From Candidatus Methylomirabilia bacterium (GTDB lineage: Bacteria; Methylomirabilota; Methylomirabilia; Rokubacteriales; CSP1-6), in contig JBGQEL010000068.1 of NCBI GenBank assembly GCA_041496385.1, positions 1-22,770 of the forward strand: DNA of 22,770 nt, read 5' to 3'. Shown here piece by piece: positions 8,801 to 17,453 of the stretch. The notes below the pieces were generated by a model. It saw nothing but the letters and a program-made list of their open reading frames with translations. It searched no databases and was not told where the DNA came from. Each line of letters begins with the position of its first letter. Position 1 is the first letter of the stretch. Made by a program: the position numbers and the translations under genes.

Positions 8801-11800
8801 GCACCCAGCCACTCTCGCCGGCGGATGCGCGCGCCCTGCGGCTCATCGCGCGCCGGACGTGGCGGTTCTTCGTGACCTTCGTGGGTCCTGCCGATCACGC
8901 GTTGCCGCCGGACAACTTCCAGGAAACGCCGAGCCCGGTGGTGGCGCACCGCACGTCGCCGACGAACATCGGACTGTACCTGCTGTCCACGGTTGCGGCG
9001 CGCGATTTCGGTTGGCTCGGCACGCTCGACGTCGTCGAGCGTCTCGAGGCCACGCTCGAGACGATGCACGCCCTCGAGCGCTTCCGCGGCCATTTCTACA
9101 ACTGGTACGACACGAAGGACTGCCATCCGCTCGATCCGAAGTACGTGTCGTCGGTCGACAGCGGAAATCTCGCCGGCCACCTCATCGCGCTCGGGCACGC
9201 CTGTGGGGAGATGATCGAGCGCCCGCGCCTCGAGCGCGCAGCGCTCGCCGGCATCGAAGACACCGCGCTCCTCGTTCGCCTCGCGAGCCTCCAGGCGGAC
9301 GGCAATGCCCGCCCGCGCACGGTCACCCGCGGGCGCCTGGCGGAGGCTCTCGCCGCCGTCACGGGGGCACTCCAGGAGCCTGTGCAGGGGTCGCCGGACT
9401 GGGCTTCGCGGCTCGCGACGCTGAAGGTCCACGCGGACACCGTGGTGGGCCTGGCGCGCGCCCTGGTCGACGAGGATCCTCGGGGCGCGCAGACGGATCT
9501 GCTCGGCTGGGCGGAGGCGCTCTGCGGCACCGTCGACAGCCACGTGCGCGACCTCGACATGCCCGACACGCTCGGTCGTCGTCTCACGGGCCTCGCCCGG
9601 AGCGCGAAGGCGATGGTCGGCGCCATGGACTTCGGCTTTCTCTTCGACCCCATGCGAAAGCTGCTTGCGATCGGGTACCGCGTCACGGACGGCAGTCTCG
9701 ACCCCGGTCGGTACGACCTCCTCGCATCGGAAGCCCGTCTCGCGAGCTTCGTCGCGATCGCCAAGGGCGACGTCCCCGTCTCGCACTGGTTCAGGCTGGG
9801 CCGCGCCCTCACACCGGTGGAACTGGACTCGGCGCTCGTGTCCTGGTCGGGATCGATGTTCGAATACCTGATGCCGGCGCTCGTCATGCGCGCGCCGGCG
9901 GGAAGCCTGCTCGAGCAGACCGCGCGGCTCGTCGTCGGTCGGCAGATCGCGTATGGTGCCGAGCGCGGCGTGCCGTGGGGTGTGTCGGAGTCGGGCTACA
10001 ACGCGCGCGACCTGGAAATGACCTACCAGTATTCGAGCTTCGGCGTGCCCGGCCTCGGGCTGCGCCGCGGACTCAACGAGGACGTCGTCATCGCGCCCTA
10101 TGCGACGGGCCTGGCGGCGATGATCGATCCGCCGGCCGCGGCGCACAACTTCCGGCGCCTGACGGCCGCCGGGGCCAGCGGCGCCTACGGCTTCTACGAG
10201 GCGCTCGACTACACGGCGCCCAGGCTTCCGGAGGCGAGCGAGGTCGCCGTGGTTCAAGCCTACATGGCCCACCACCAGGGCATGGTGGTCGTTGCGATCT
10301 CGAATGCGCTCCACGGCGGCACGATGCGCGCGCGCTTCCATGCCGAGCCCATGGTCCGGGCCACGGAGCTGCTCCTCCAAGAAAGGACGCCGCGTGACGT
10401 GGCGGTCGCGCGGCCGCGTGCCGAAGAGGTGCACGCGGTCGGCGACGTGCGCGAGTTCATTCCGCCGGCCGAGCGGCACTTCACGTCGCCGCACGGCGCG
10501 ATGCCGCGCACCCAGCTGCTCTCGAACGGGCGATATGCGGTCATGGTGACGACGGCCGGCTCGGGATACAGCCGCTGGCGCGACATCGCGATCACGCGGT
10601 GGCGGGAAGACGTCACGCGCGATGCGTGGGGAACGTACGTGTTCCTCCGCGATGTCGACAGCGGCGAGAGCTGGTCGGCCGGTTACCAGCCGCGCGGCGG
10701 CGAGCCGGACAGCTACGAGGTCACGTTCTCCGAGGATCGGGCGGAGATCGTCCGGCGCGATCGTACCATCGGCACCACGCTCCAGGTGATCGTGTCTCCG
10801 GAGGACGACGCCGAGGTGCGTCGCGTGTCGGTCACGAATGGCGGGACGAAGAGCCGCGAGGTCGAGGTGACGTCGTACGCGGAGGTCGTGCTGGCGACGC
10901 CGGCGGCGGACGCGGCCCACCCCGCGTTCTCCAACCTGAGCGTGGAGACGGAGTGCGTCCCCGAGCTCGACGCGCTGCTGGCGACACGCCGGCCGCGGTC
11001 ACGCGGTGAGCCCCAGATCTGGCTGGCCCACGTCGCCGTCGTCGAAGGCGAGGCGGTGGGGGGCCTGCAATGGGAGACTGATCGCGCCCGATTTCTCGGT
11101 CGGGGACGCGGGATCCGGACACCGGCGGCTGTGATCGACGGCCAGCCCCTCTCCAACACCGTCGGCGCGGTCCTCGATCCGATCGTGAGCCTCCGCCACC
11201 GCGTGCGGCTCGCGCCGGGCGCCACCGCGCGCGTCACCTTCTCGACACTCGTCGCGCCGTCGCGCGTGGAGGCCCTCGGCCTGGCCGAGAAGTATCGCGA
11301 TGCGGCGACGTTCGATCGCGTCGCGACGCTGGCGTGGACGCAGGCGCAGGTCCAGCAGCATCACCTCGGCATCGGTCCGGACGAAGCGCACCTCTTCCAG
11401 AGCCTGGCCAGTCGCGTGCTCTATCCGGACCGGACGCTCCGGCCCTCCCCGGACGTGCTCGCGCGTCAGAGCGGTGGCCCCGACGCGCTCTGGGTGCACG
11501 GGATTTCGGGCGACCTCCCGATCGTGCTGGTTCAGATCGACGATGCCGAGGACGTCGGCATCGTGCGGCAGCTCCTCCGCGCGCACGAGTACTGGCGAAT
11601 GAAGCAGCTCGCCGTCGATCTGGTGATCCTCAACGAGCACGCGCCGTCCTACCTTCAGGATCTGCAGTCGTTGCTGGAGGCACTCCTCCGTACGAGCCAG
11701 TCGGCGGGATTCCATGAAGGACCTGAGCCGCACGGGAACGTGTACATCGTGCGAGCGGACCGCGTGACGGCGCCGCAACGCGACGTGCTGCAGTCCGTGG

Positions 11801-14373
11801 CGCGCGCGGTGCTGTCGAGCCGCCGCGGAACGCTGGCCGAGCAGCTGACGCGCGCGCAGCGACCCGACGCCGCTCCGGCCGCTCCGCCACGACGGGGGCC
11901 GGCGACGAAACTGGCGCCCGACGTGGCGATCCCGTCGATGGAGCTCGAGCTCTTCAACGGCCTCGGCGGTTTTGCGAAGGAGGGACGCGAGTACGTCACG
12001 ATCCTCGGCCAAGGCCGGTGGACGCCGGCGCCGTGGATCAACGTGATCGCGAATGCGAGCTTCGGCTTCCAGGTCTCCGAATCGGGTTCCGGGTACACGT
12101 GGTCGGTCAACAGCCGCGAGAACCAGCTCACCTCATGGTCGAACGATCCGGTCAGCGATCCGCCGGGCGAGACCATCTACGTCAGGGACGACGAGACCGG
12201 GGATCTGTGGGGGCCGACGGCGCTCCCGATCCGCGAGGGGGCCTCGCCCTACGTCATCCGGCATGGGCAGGGCTACACGCGCTTCGAACACGCCTCGCAC
12301 GGCGTCTCCTTAGACCTGCTGCAGCTGGTGGCGCTCGACGACCCCATCAAGATCTCGCGTCTCACGCTGACGAACGAGTCCGGCCGCCCGCGGCGGCTGT
12401 CCGTGACCGCCTACGTCGAGTGGGTGCTTGGGGCGTCGCGCGGTGTCGCCACGCCGTTCGTCGTGACCGAGATCGACGCGAAGACGGGCGCGATGTTCGC
12501 GCGCAACGCGTGGCGGCGCGAGTTCGGCGCCCGCGTCGCCTTTGCCGACCTCGGCGGGGCTCACACGGCGTGGACCGCGGACCGGACGGAATTTCTCGGC
12601 CGCAACGGCTCGCCGGATCATCCGGCGGCGCTGGCGCAACGGCACCGTCTCTCGGGACGGGTCGGTGCCGGTCTCGACCCGTGCGGCGCGCTCCAGGCGA
12701 CGATCGAGCTGCCCGCCGGCGGCCGAGCGGAGGTCGTGTTCTTCCTCGGCGAGGCGGCGAGCCCCGAGCAGGCCAGGGAGCTGATCGTTCGCTACCGGAC
12801 TCGTGACGTGGCGGCGGTCTTGCGGGCGGTCGGCGAGCGCTGGGACGAGGTGCTCGGCACGGTGCAGGTCAAGACGCCCGACCGCTCCATGGACATCCTG
12901 CTCAACCGCTGGCTCCTGTACCAGACGCTCACGTGTCGGGTCTGGGCGCGGTCGGCGTTCTATCAGGCCGGCGGCGCGTACGGGTTTCGCGACCAGCTTC
13001 AAGACGTGATGGCGCTCGCGGTGGCCGAGCCCGGCCTGGCGCGGCAGCACGTGCTTCGCGCGGCGGCGCGGCAGTTCATCGAGGGCGACGTCCAGCACTG
13101 GTGGCACCCGCCCGGCGGTCGCGGCGTCCGCACCCGGATCTCCGACGACCTGCTCTGGCTCCCGTACGTCGTCGCCCAGTATGTCGAGGTCGCCGGCGAT
13201 GGCGCCGTCCTCGACGAGGTCGTCCCCTTCCTCGAAGGGCCCAAGCTCGCCGTCGGACAGCCCGAGTCGTACTTCGAGCCCCGCGCCTCCGACGAGCGCG
13301 GCACGCTCTTCGAGCACTGCGCGCGCGCGCTCGACCATAGCCTCACGGCCGGAACGCATGGACTGCCGCTGATGGGGACGGGGGACTGGAACGACGGGAT
13401 GAACGCGGTGGGCGCCGAGGGGAGGGGTGAGAGCGTCTGGCTCGGCTGGTTCCTTCACGCCGTGCTGTCCGAATGGGTGCCGCTGGCCGACGGGCGCGGG
13501 GAGGGCAAGCGCGCCGAGCGATGGCGTGAGTACGTGGGCGCGCTGCAAGAGTCGCTCGAACGCGAGGCCTGGGACGGCCAGTGGTATCGGCGCGCGTATT
13601 TCGACGATGGGACGCCGCTCGGCGCCGCGGTCAACGACGCATGCCGCATCGACTCGATCGCGCAGTCCTGGGGCGTGATCTCGGCGGCGGCCGACCCGGT
13701 GCGCCAGGCGCGCGCCATGGCGGCCGTCGACGAACACCTGGTGCGTCGCGGTGACGGCGTCGTGTTGCTGTTCACGCCACCGTTCGACGACACGTCCCTG
13801 GAGCCCGGCTACATCAAGGGGTATTTGCCAGGCGTCCGCGAGAACGGCGGGCAGTACACGCACGCGGCGATCTGGTCGGCGATCGCCTTCGCGGCGCTCG
13901 GCGACGGGGACAAGGCCGCCGAGCTCCTCGCGATGTTGAACCCGATCAACCACGCCCGCACCGCCGCGGGCGTCCAGCGCTACAAGGTCGAGCCCTACGT
14001 TGTCGCGGCGGACGTCTACACCGAGCCGCCGCACGTCGGCCGCGGAGGCTGGACGTGGTACACGGGATCAGCGGGCTGGATGTATCGGGCCGGGCTGGAG
14101 TCGATTCTCGGGTTCCGGCTGCGCGGCGCGCGGCTCGTGGTCGACCCGTGTATCCCGCGTGCGTGGCCCGGCTTCGAAATGGTCTTCCGCTATCGCTCCA
14201 CGCGTTATGAGCTCGTCGTGGAGAACCCCCGGCGCGTGTCGCGAGGGGTGTCGTCGGTGGAGGTGGACGGCGTGCTCCTCGACGGCGATCTCGGCATCGG
14301 GCTCGTCGACGACCGGAAGACTCATCGTGCCCGAGTCGTCCTCGGCGAGAGCGCCACGAGGAGGTCGAGATGA
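5887..14373 (+). CDS. ndvB: Cyclic beta-1,2-glucan synthase (Cgs/NdvB/ChvB): GT84 + cyclising domain + GH94 phosphorylase
   Basis: 2828 aa. AEWLVDNF, MGWERKRGKLHELN, ITLDTDT, YTGKGIYDV, SHDLFEG, RHHRWARGDWQ, RTSPTNIGLY, SWSGSMFEYLMP, YQAGGAYGFRDQLQD, GDWNDG, ENGGQYTH and WYTGSAGW motifs; internal TM segments. Confidence 0.95.
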   Translation: MLIARKSLENPIRAELFGIERLEQHAESLAAAQRVMRQAGRGQRLLARVEDNGRVLRESYRVIANAIREERAITPAAEWLVDNFHVVDEQLREIRADLPPGFYRELPKLAEGPLAGYPRVYGIAWAFVAHTDSRFDPETLRRFVHAYQRVQPLTIGELWAVAITLRVVLVENLRRLAESIVRGRAARQEADALADELLGVGDDGAVARTARGLERFESGPLVTAFAVQLVQRLREQDRAVTPALLWLDQRLEAQGTTSDDIVGVEHQRQAAMNVTVRNVIMSMSLMSALDWTAFFETVSLVDEVLQANANYGAMDFATRDAYRHAIEELARGSGRPELDVAREAMTHTRSADGLDDDRRNEPGFHLIGNGRGDFERALAYRVPPMRRLLRAYVAAASPGYLGTIAVLSGLLFLLPLLAGGASGVGPSSLLVLALLVVVPASDLAIALLNRFVTALVMPAVLPRLELREGVPSHLRTIVVVPMLLTQGAEVEEQIERLEVHYLANPDGDVRFAVLSDWVDAPVESVPGDAEMLIAAREGIARLNRRHGPAPDGGARFFLFHRRRLWNESERAWMGWERKRGKLHELNRLLRGATDTSFLPTAAAAPSGVRYVITLDTDTRLPRGAVDRLVGAMAHPLNRPRFGPGGRRVVEGYGVLQPRVTPPLPGREGSFFQRLSSGPAGIDPYAAAVSDVYQDLWGEGSYTGKGIYDVDVFEAALAGRVPENAMLSHDLFEGVFARAGLVTDVELFESAPSHYGVAAARHHRWARGDWQLLPWIVGHRVPVIGRWKMLDNLRRTMSAPAAFLTLVVGWVLPGTSPAVWSTFILATIAVPPLLPVLGGLIPRRRGISKRSHVNAVGGDIVLAASQIGLTVTMLTYQTWLMSDAVMRTLVRVYVTRRRLLEWVTAAQAKAGLRLDLRGFCRRMSGGIALAGAAAVAVAWMRPEAFPAAMPFLLLWAASPAVARWISVPRSTASTQPLSPADARALRLIARRTWRFFVTFVGPADHALPPDNFQETPSPVVAHRTSPTNIGLYLLSTVAARDFGWLGTLDVVERLEATLETMHALERFRGHFYNWYDTKDCHPLDPKYVSSVDSGNLAGHLIALGHACGEMIERPRLERAALAGIEDTALLVRLASLQADGNARPRTVTRGRLAEALAAVTGALQEPVQGSPDWASRLATLKVHADTVVGLARALVDEDPRGAQTDLLGWAEALCGTVDSHVRDLDMPDTLGRRLTGLARSAKAMVGAMDFGFLFDPMRKLLAIGYRVTDGSLDPGRYDLLASEARLASFVAIAKGDVPVSHWFRLGRALTPVELDSALVSWSGSMFEYLMPALVMRAPAGSLLEQTARLVVGRQIAYGAERGVPWGVSESGYNARDLEMTYQYSSFGVPGLGLRRGLNEDVVIAPYATGLAAMIDPPAAAHNFRRLTAAGASGAYGFYEALDYTAPRLPEASEVAVVQAYMAHHQGMVVVAISNALHGGTMRARFHAEPMVRATELLLQERTPRDVAVARPRAEEVHAVGDVREFIPPAERHFTSPHGAMPRTQLLSNGRYAVMVTTAGSGYSRWRDIAITRWREDVTRDAWGTYVFLRDVDSGESWSAGYQPRGGEPDSYEVTFSEDRAEIVRRDRTIGTTLQVIVSPEDDAEVRRVSVTNGGTKSREVEVTSYAEVVLATPAADAAHPAFSNLSVETECVPELDALLATRRPRSRGEPQIWLAHVAVVEGEAVGGLQWETDRARFLGRGRGIRTPAAVIDGQPLSNTVGAVLDPIVSLRHRVRLAPGATARVTFSTLVAPSRVEALGLAEKYRDAATFDRVATLAWTQAQVQQHHLGIGPDEAHLFQSLASRVLYPDRTLRPSPDVLARQSGGPDALWVHGISGDLPIVLVQIDDAEDVGIVRQLLRAHEYWRMKQLAVDLVILNEHAPSYLQDLQSLLEALLRTSQSAGFHEGPEPHGNVYIVRADRVTAPQRDVLQSVARAVLSSRRGTLAEQLTRAQRPDAAPAAPPRRGPATKLAPDVAIPSMELELFNGLGGFAKEGREYVTILGQGRWTPAPWINVIANASFGFQVSESGSGYTWSVNSRENQLTSWSNDPVSDPPGETIYVRDDETGDLWGPTALPIREGASPYVIRHGQGYTRFEHASHGVSLDLLQLVALDDPIKISRLTLTNESGRPRRLSVTAYVEWVLGASRGVATPFVVTEIDAKTGAMFARNAWRREFGARVAFADLGGAHTAWTADRTEFLGRNGSPDHPAALAQRHRLSGRVGAGLDPCGALQATIELPAGGRAEVVFFLGEAASPEQARELIVRYRTRDVAAVLRAVGERWDEVLGTVQVKTPDRSMDILLNRWLLYQTLTCRVWARSAFYQAGGAYGFRDQLQDVMALAVAEPGLARQHVLRAAARQFIEGDVQHWWHPPGGRGVRTRISDDLLWLPYVVAQYVEVAGDGAVLDEVVPFLEGPKLAVGQPESYFEPRASDERGTLFEHCARALDHSLTAGTHGLPLMGTGDWNDGMNAVGAEGRGESVWLGWFLHAVLSEWVPLADGRGEGKRAERWREYVGALQESLEREAWDGQWYRRAYFDDGTPLGAAVNDACRIDSIAQSWGVISAAADPVRQARAMAAVDEHLVRRGDGVVLLFTPPFDDTSLEPGYIKGYLPGVRENGGQYTHAAIWSAIAFAALGDGDKAAELLAMLNPINHARTAAGVQRYKVEPYVVAADVYTEPPHVGRGGWTWYTGSAGWMYRAGLESILGFRLRGARLVVDPCIPRAWPGFEMVFRYRSTRYELVVENPRRVSRGVSSVEVDGVLLDGDLGIGLVDDRKTHRARVVLGESATRRSR

Positions 14374-14633
14374 GATGGCTCATGGAGTTCTACAGCGAGC
14401 GACGGGCGATCCTCGCGCGGTACGGTGTCGAGGCGTCGTCACCCGCGGCGGCGGTCCTGCTGGGCCGGAGTGCGCTTTTCGCGGAGTATCCTCCGGCGCG
14501 CGCGCGCCGGAGGCCGGGCTTGTTCGAGCGGGCCGAGCACGTCGGGGGTCAAGACGAGAGCGGGTGGGTCCTCTATCGCATCGGGAACAGCGTGCCGGGA
14601 CCGACCGGCGGCGCGCCTGCGCCGGCAGCATAG
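14370..14633 (+). CDS. Small hypothetical protein translationally coupled to the glucan synthase
   Basis: ATGA overlap with the upstream stop, GAGGAGG RBS, GC-rich third positions; 87 aa, no family recognised. Confidence 0.6.
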   Translation: MRWLMEFYSERRAILARYGVEASSPAAAVLLGRSALFAEYPPARARRRPGLFERAEHVGGQDESGWVLYRIGNSVPGPTGGAPAPAA

Positions 14634-14668
14634 GCGCTCCGCGAGGATCGAATCCGACCCGCGTCGGC

Positions 14669-15361
14669 TCAGCGCGCGATCAGGATCTTCTTCACCCAGC
14701 CGCTGCCCTTGCCCGTCTCCACCTGGAGGAAGCCGTCCTCTTCCTTGCCCAGGAAGATCATCTCGTCGCCCTTCGCGAGCGTCGTGACGACCTGACCCGA
14801 GTCGGACGGCGTCTGCGTCTCGCCCACGCGCTGTTCGGCCTCGGCTCGCGCGGGTTCATTCACCCGCCACGTGATGAGGCTGACGATGCTCATCGCGGCG
14901 ATGAAGGTCGCGTGGATCGCCGCCCACCGCCACGGGTGGGCGACCGCGGCGGGATGATTGTAGACGGCGGACGGGTCGAGCACTCCGACCACGCCGTGAT
15001 GCACGAGCACGAAAGTGATCGCGAGCAGAAACGGAGTCCACTCCTGGTACAAGGCCATGAGTCCCACCATGACGAAGAAGTGGAAGTGGAACTCGATGTA
15101 GCCGCCGGAGAGGTGGACGAGGATGGCCTCGAAGACGCTGTGGGCCCAGCCGTTTCCGCTGTAAACCGAGAAACACGCGATGCCGATCGCGTGGAGCCAG
15201 AGCACCGCGAGGATGCCGGCGTGGCGCCGGCCCCAGACCCCATCGGGTAGCTGCGAGCCGATCGGCAGAGCGGCCTTGACGGCCTTCCCGAGTTGCCTGA
15301 TCGAGGAGACTCTGGTCACCATGGACGTCAGCGCCCTCTTGACGAGCAGATGTGATGCCAC
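14669..15361 (-). pseudogene. Chimeric remnant: His-rich multi-TM sensor domain joined to a partial bacterial SH3-like C-terminus
   Basis: LVHLSGGYIEFHFHFFVMV...LYQEW.PF...HHGVVG...VYNH...PWRWAAIHA resembles the membrane sensor of some diguanylate cyclases/kinases/chemoreceptors, but no output domain follows. It ends instead in TPSDSGQVVTTLAKGDEMIFLGKEEDGFLQVETGKGSGWVKK (SH3b-like). Start uncertain (15361 or ATG 15322). Confidence 0.55.
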
Positions 15362-15504
15362 CGGCCCTTCTGGGCGCTGCGCCCAAGGAAATCAGCCAGT
15401 CCTGGATCGGACACACGCCCAGTTCGGGACAACGATTGTCAAAATTGGCCGTCACGAATGACAGATCGAGATGGAGTCTGGGCGGGCCTGAAACCGCTTT
15501 CCGC

Positions 15505-15533
15505 TTGACAGCCCTCCGACCGCCCCGTACCTT
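15505..15533 (+). promoter_or_regulatory. Sigma70-type promoter of the HTH-cox operon
   Basis: TTGACA (15505-15510), 17-nt spacer, TACCTT (15528-15533). Confidence 0.75.
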
Positions 15534-15612
15534 CCCGGCCATCACCCGAACGCGCGTCGACCGGAAAGTGTCTTTCCGTGATTTTCCGGCGCGCTCAATG
15601 GAGAGATGATGG

Positions 15613-16098
15613 GTGGCAGACGTCCCTCGACGGTTCGTCCGGCAGCTCACCTCCGCCGAGCGAGAAGAGCTTCGGCGGCTCCGTCGATCGGAGCGGCGAG
15701 AGATCGCGCGTCGCGCCCAGGTGATTCTCCTGTCCGCCGGGCGCGTGCCCATCCCCGAGATCAGGCGGCGCCTCCGAGTCTCTCGCCCGACGGTCACCGG
15801 CTGGCTCGCGCGCTTCGAGCAGTCCGGCGTCCCAGGGCTCCTCACCCGCGCACGCACGGGCCGGCCCTCCAGGGTCACCCCCGAGCTGCTGCGACACCTC
15901 GCCATGGTCACGAGCGCGCGGCCGCGGGATGTCGGAGTGCAAGGCGAGGCCTGGAGCCTGGCGCGGCTCAGGGAGTATCTCGTCACGACCGGCGTCGTGC
16001 CCGCGATCTCGCTCGAATCACTCCGGGTCGCGCTGCGCAGAGCGGGGCTCGGTCTCAAGGCGGCCCGCACAGGGCTCACCCAGAAGGGGGCCACAACA
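15613..16098 (+). CDS. IS630/Tc1-transposase-like N-terminal HTH domain (no DDE domain), in frame with coxM
   Basis: LTSAEREELRRL...RRAQVILLSA.G...EI...L.VSRPTV..WL.RF...G..GL....RTGRP...P...G.....WSL..L..YL...G....IS.ES.R..L...G is the IS630 DNA-binding region pattern. GTG start with GGAGAG RBS; no stop before coxM ATG. Confidence 0.75.
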
Positions 16099-16974
16099 AT
16101 GATCCCCGGCGCGTTTGAGTACCACGCTCCTACGTCGATCGCCGAGGCGACGAACCTTCTCGCCACGCTGGGCGAGGACGCCAAGGTCCTCTCGGGAGGC
16201 CAGAGCCTCATCCCGTTGATGAAGCTCCGCCTCGCCAGCCCGCGTCACGTCGTCGACATCAACGGAATCGGCGGCCTCGCGTACATCCGCGAGGCCGACG
16301 GGTTCCTCAAGATCGGCGGCCTCACGCGCGAGGCCGACCTGGAAGAATCCGAGCTCATTCGAACGCGATACCCGCTGCTGTTCGACACTTGCCGGGTGAT
16401 CGCGGATCCGATCGTCCGCAACCTGGCGACGATCGGCGGCAACCTGGCGCACGGCGATCCGGCGAACGATCACCCCGCGACCATGCTGGCCCTCGGGGCG
16501 GAGGTCGTCGCGAAGGGCGTCAAGGCCGAGCGCCGGATTCCGATCGCGTCGTTCTTCACCGGCCCGTTCGAGACCGCGCTCAAGCAGGACGAGATCCTCG
16601 TCGAGATCCGGGTCCCGCTTGCGGCGGCCCGAAGCGGCGGCGCCTATCTCAAGCTCGAGCGGAAGGTTGGCGACTTCGCGACGGCCGCCGTCGCGGTGCA
16701 GCTGACGCTCGGCGCGGACGGCGCGTGCGAGCAGGTCGGGATAGGTCTCACCAACGTCGGCCTGACCCCGATCAAGGCGAGGCAGGCCGAGGCAGCGCTG
16801 AAAGGCAAGCGTGCCGACGAGGCGACGATCAAGCAGGCGGCGCAGCTGGCCGCCGATGCGTCTCAGCCGAGCGCGGACCTTCGCGGCCCGGTCGACTACA
16901 AGAAGGATCTCGTCCGAGTGTTGACGGCCCGCGCGCTCCGGAAGGCTCTGGAGCGCGCCGGCGGGGGGAGGTGA
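16099..16974 (+). CDS. coxM: Aerobic CO dehydrogenase medium (FAD) subunit
   Basis: [58 protein letters not shown]; own RBS (GAAGGGGG) before ATG 16099. Confidence 0.92.
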   Translation: MIPGAFEYHAPTSIAEATNLLATLGEDAKVLSGGQSLIPLMKLRLASPRHVVDINGIGGLAYIREADGFLKIGGLTREADLEESELIRTRYPLLFDTCRVIADPIVRNLATIGGNLAHGDPANDHPATMLALGAEVVAKGVKAERRIPIASFFTGPFETALKQDEILVEIRVPLAAARSGGAYLKLERKVGDFATAAVAVQLTLGADGACEQVGIGLTNVGLTPIKARQAEAALKGKRADEATIKQAAQLAADASQPSADLRGPVDYKKDLVRVLTARALRKALERAGGGR

Positions 16975-16979
16975 GGGCG

Positions 16980-17453
16980 ATGCAGGTCAAGCTTTCGATC
17001 AACGGCGAGAAGCACGAAGCGGACGTCGAGCCGCGCCTGCTGCTGGTTCACCTGATCCGAGAGGTCCTGAGATTGACCGGCACCCACATCGGGTGCGACA
17101 CGACCCACTGCGGCGCCTGCACCGTCCTCATGGACGGCCGGGCGGTGAAGTCGTGCACGGTCTTCGCCGTCCAGGCCATCGGCAAGGAGATCATGACGGT
17201 CGAGGGCCTCGAGCAGGACGGCAAGCTCCATCCGCTCCAGGAAGGCTTCATGGCCGAGCACGGTCTCCAGTGCGGCTACTGCACGCCCGGGATGCTGATG
17301 ACCAGCTACGCGTTCCTCAAGAAGCATCCGGCGCCGAGCGAGGAGGACATCCGCTGGGCCATCTCCGGCAACCTCTGCCGGTGCACCGGCTACGTGAACA
17401 TCGTCAAGGCGGTCCAGTACGCGGCGGCCAAGCTCCAGCAAGGAGGCGCGTGA
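16980..17453 (+). CDS. coxS: Aerobic CO dehydrogenase small (2Fe-2S) subunit
   Basis: [12 protein letters not shown]...KSC and QCGYCTPG...GNLCRCTGY; start reassigned to ATG 16980. Confidence 0.93.
   Translation: MQVKLSINGEKHEADVEPRLLLVHLIREVLRLTGTHIGCDTTHCGACTVLMDGRAVKSCTVFAVQAIGKEIMTVEGLEQDGKLHPLQEGFMAEHGLQCGYCTPGMLMTSYAFLKKHPAPSEEDIRWAISGNLCRCTGYVNIVKAVQYAAAKLQQGGA

Noticed and set aside
7984..14034. Long antisense/alternative-frame ORFs inside the glucan synthase (e.g. 978 aa, 603 aa, 574 aa)
   Set aside because: Expected from GC-rich codon bias; Arg/Ala/Gly-rich with no domain motifs.
15560..16100. Intact IS630 element
   Set aside because: No DDE catalytic domain and no convincing terminal inverted repeats or TA target duplication seen.
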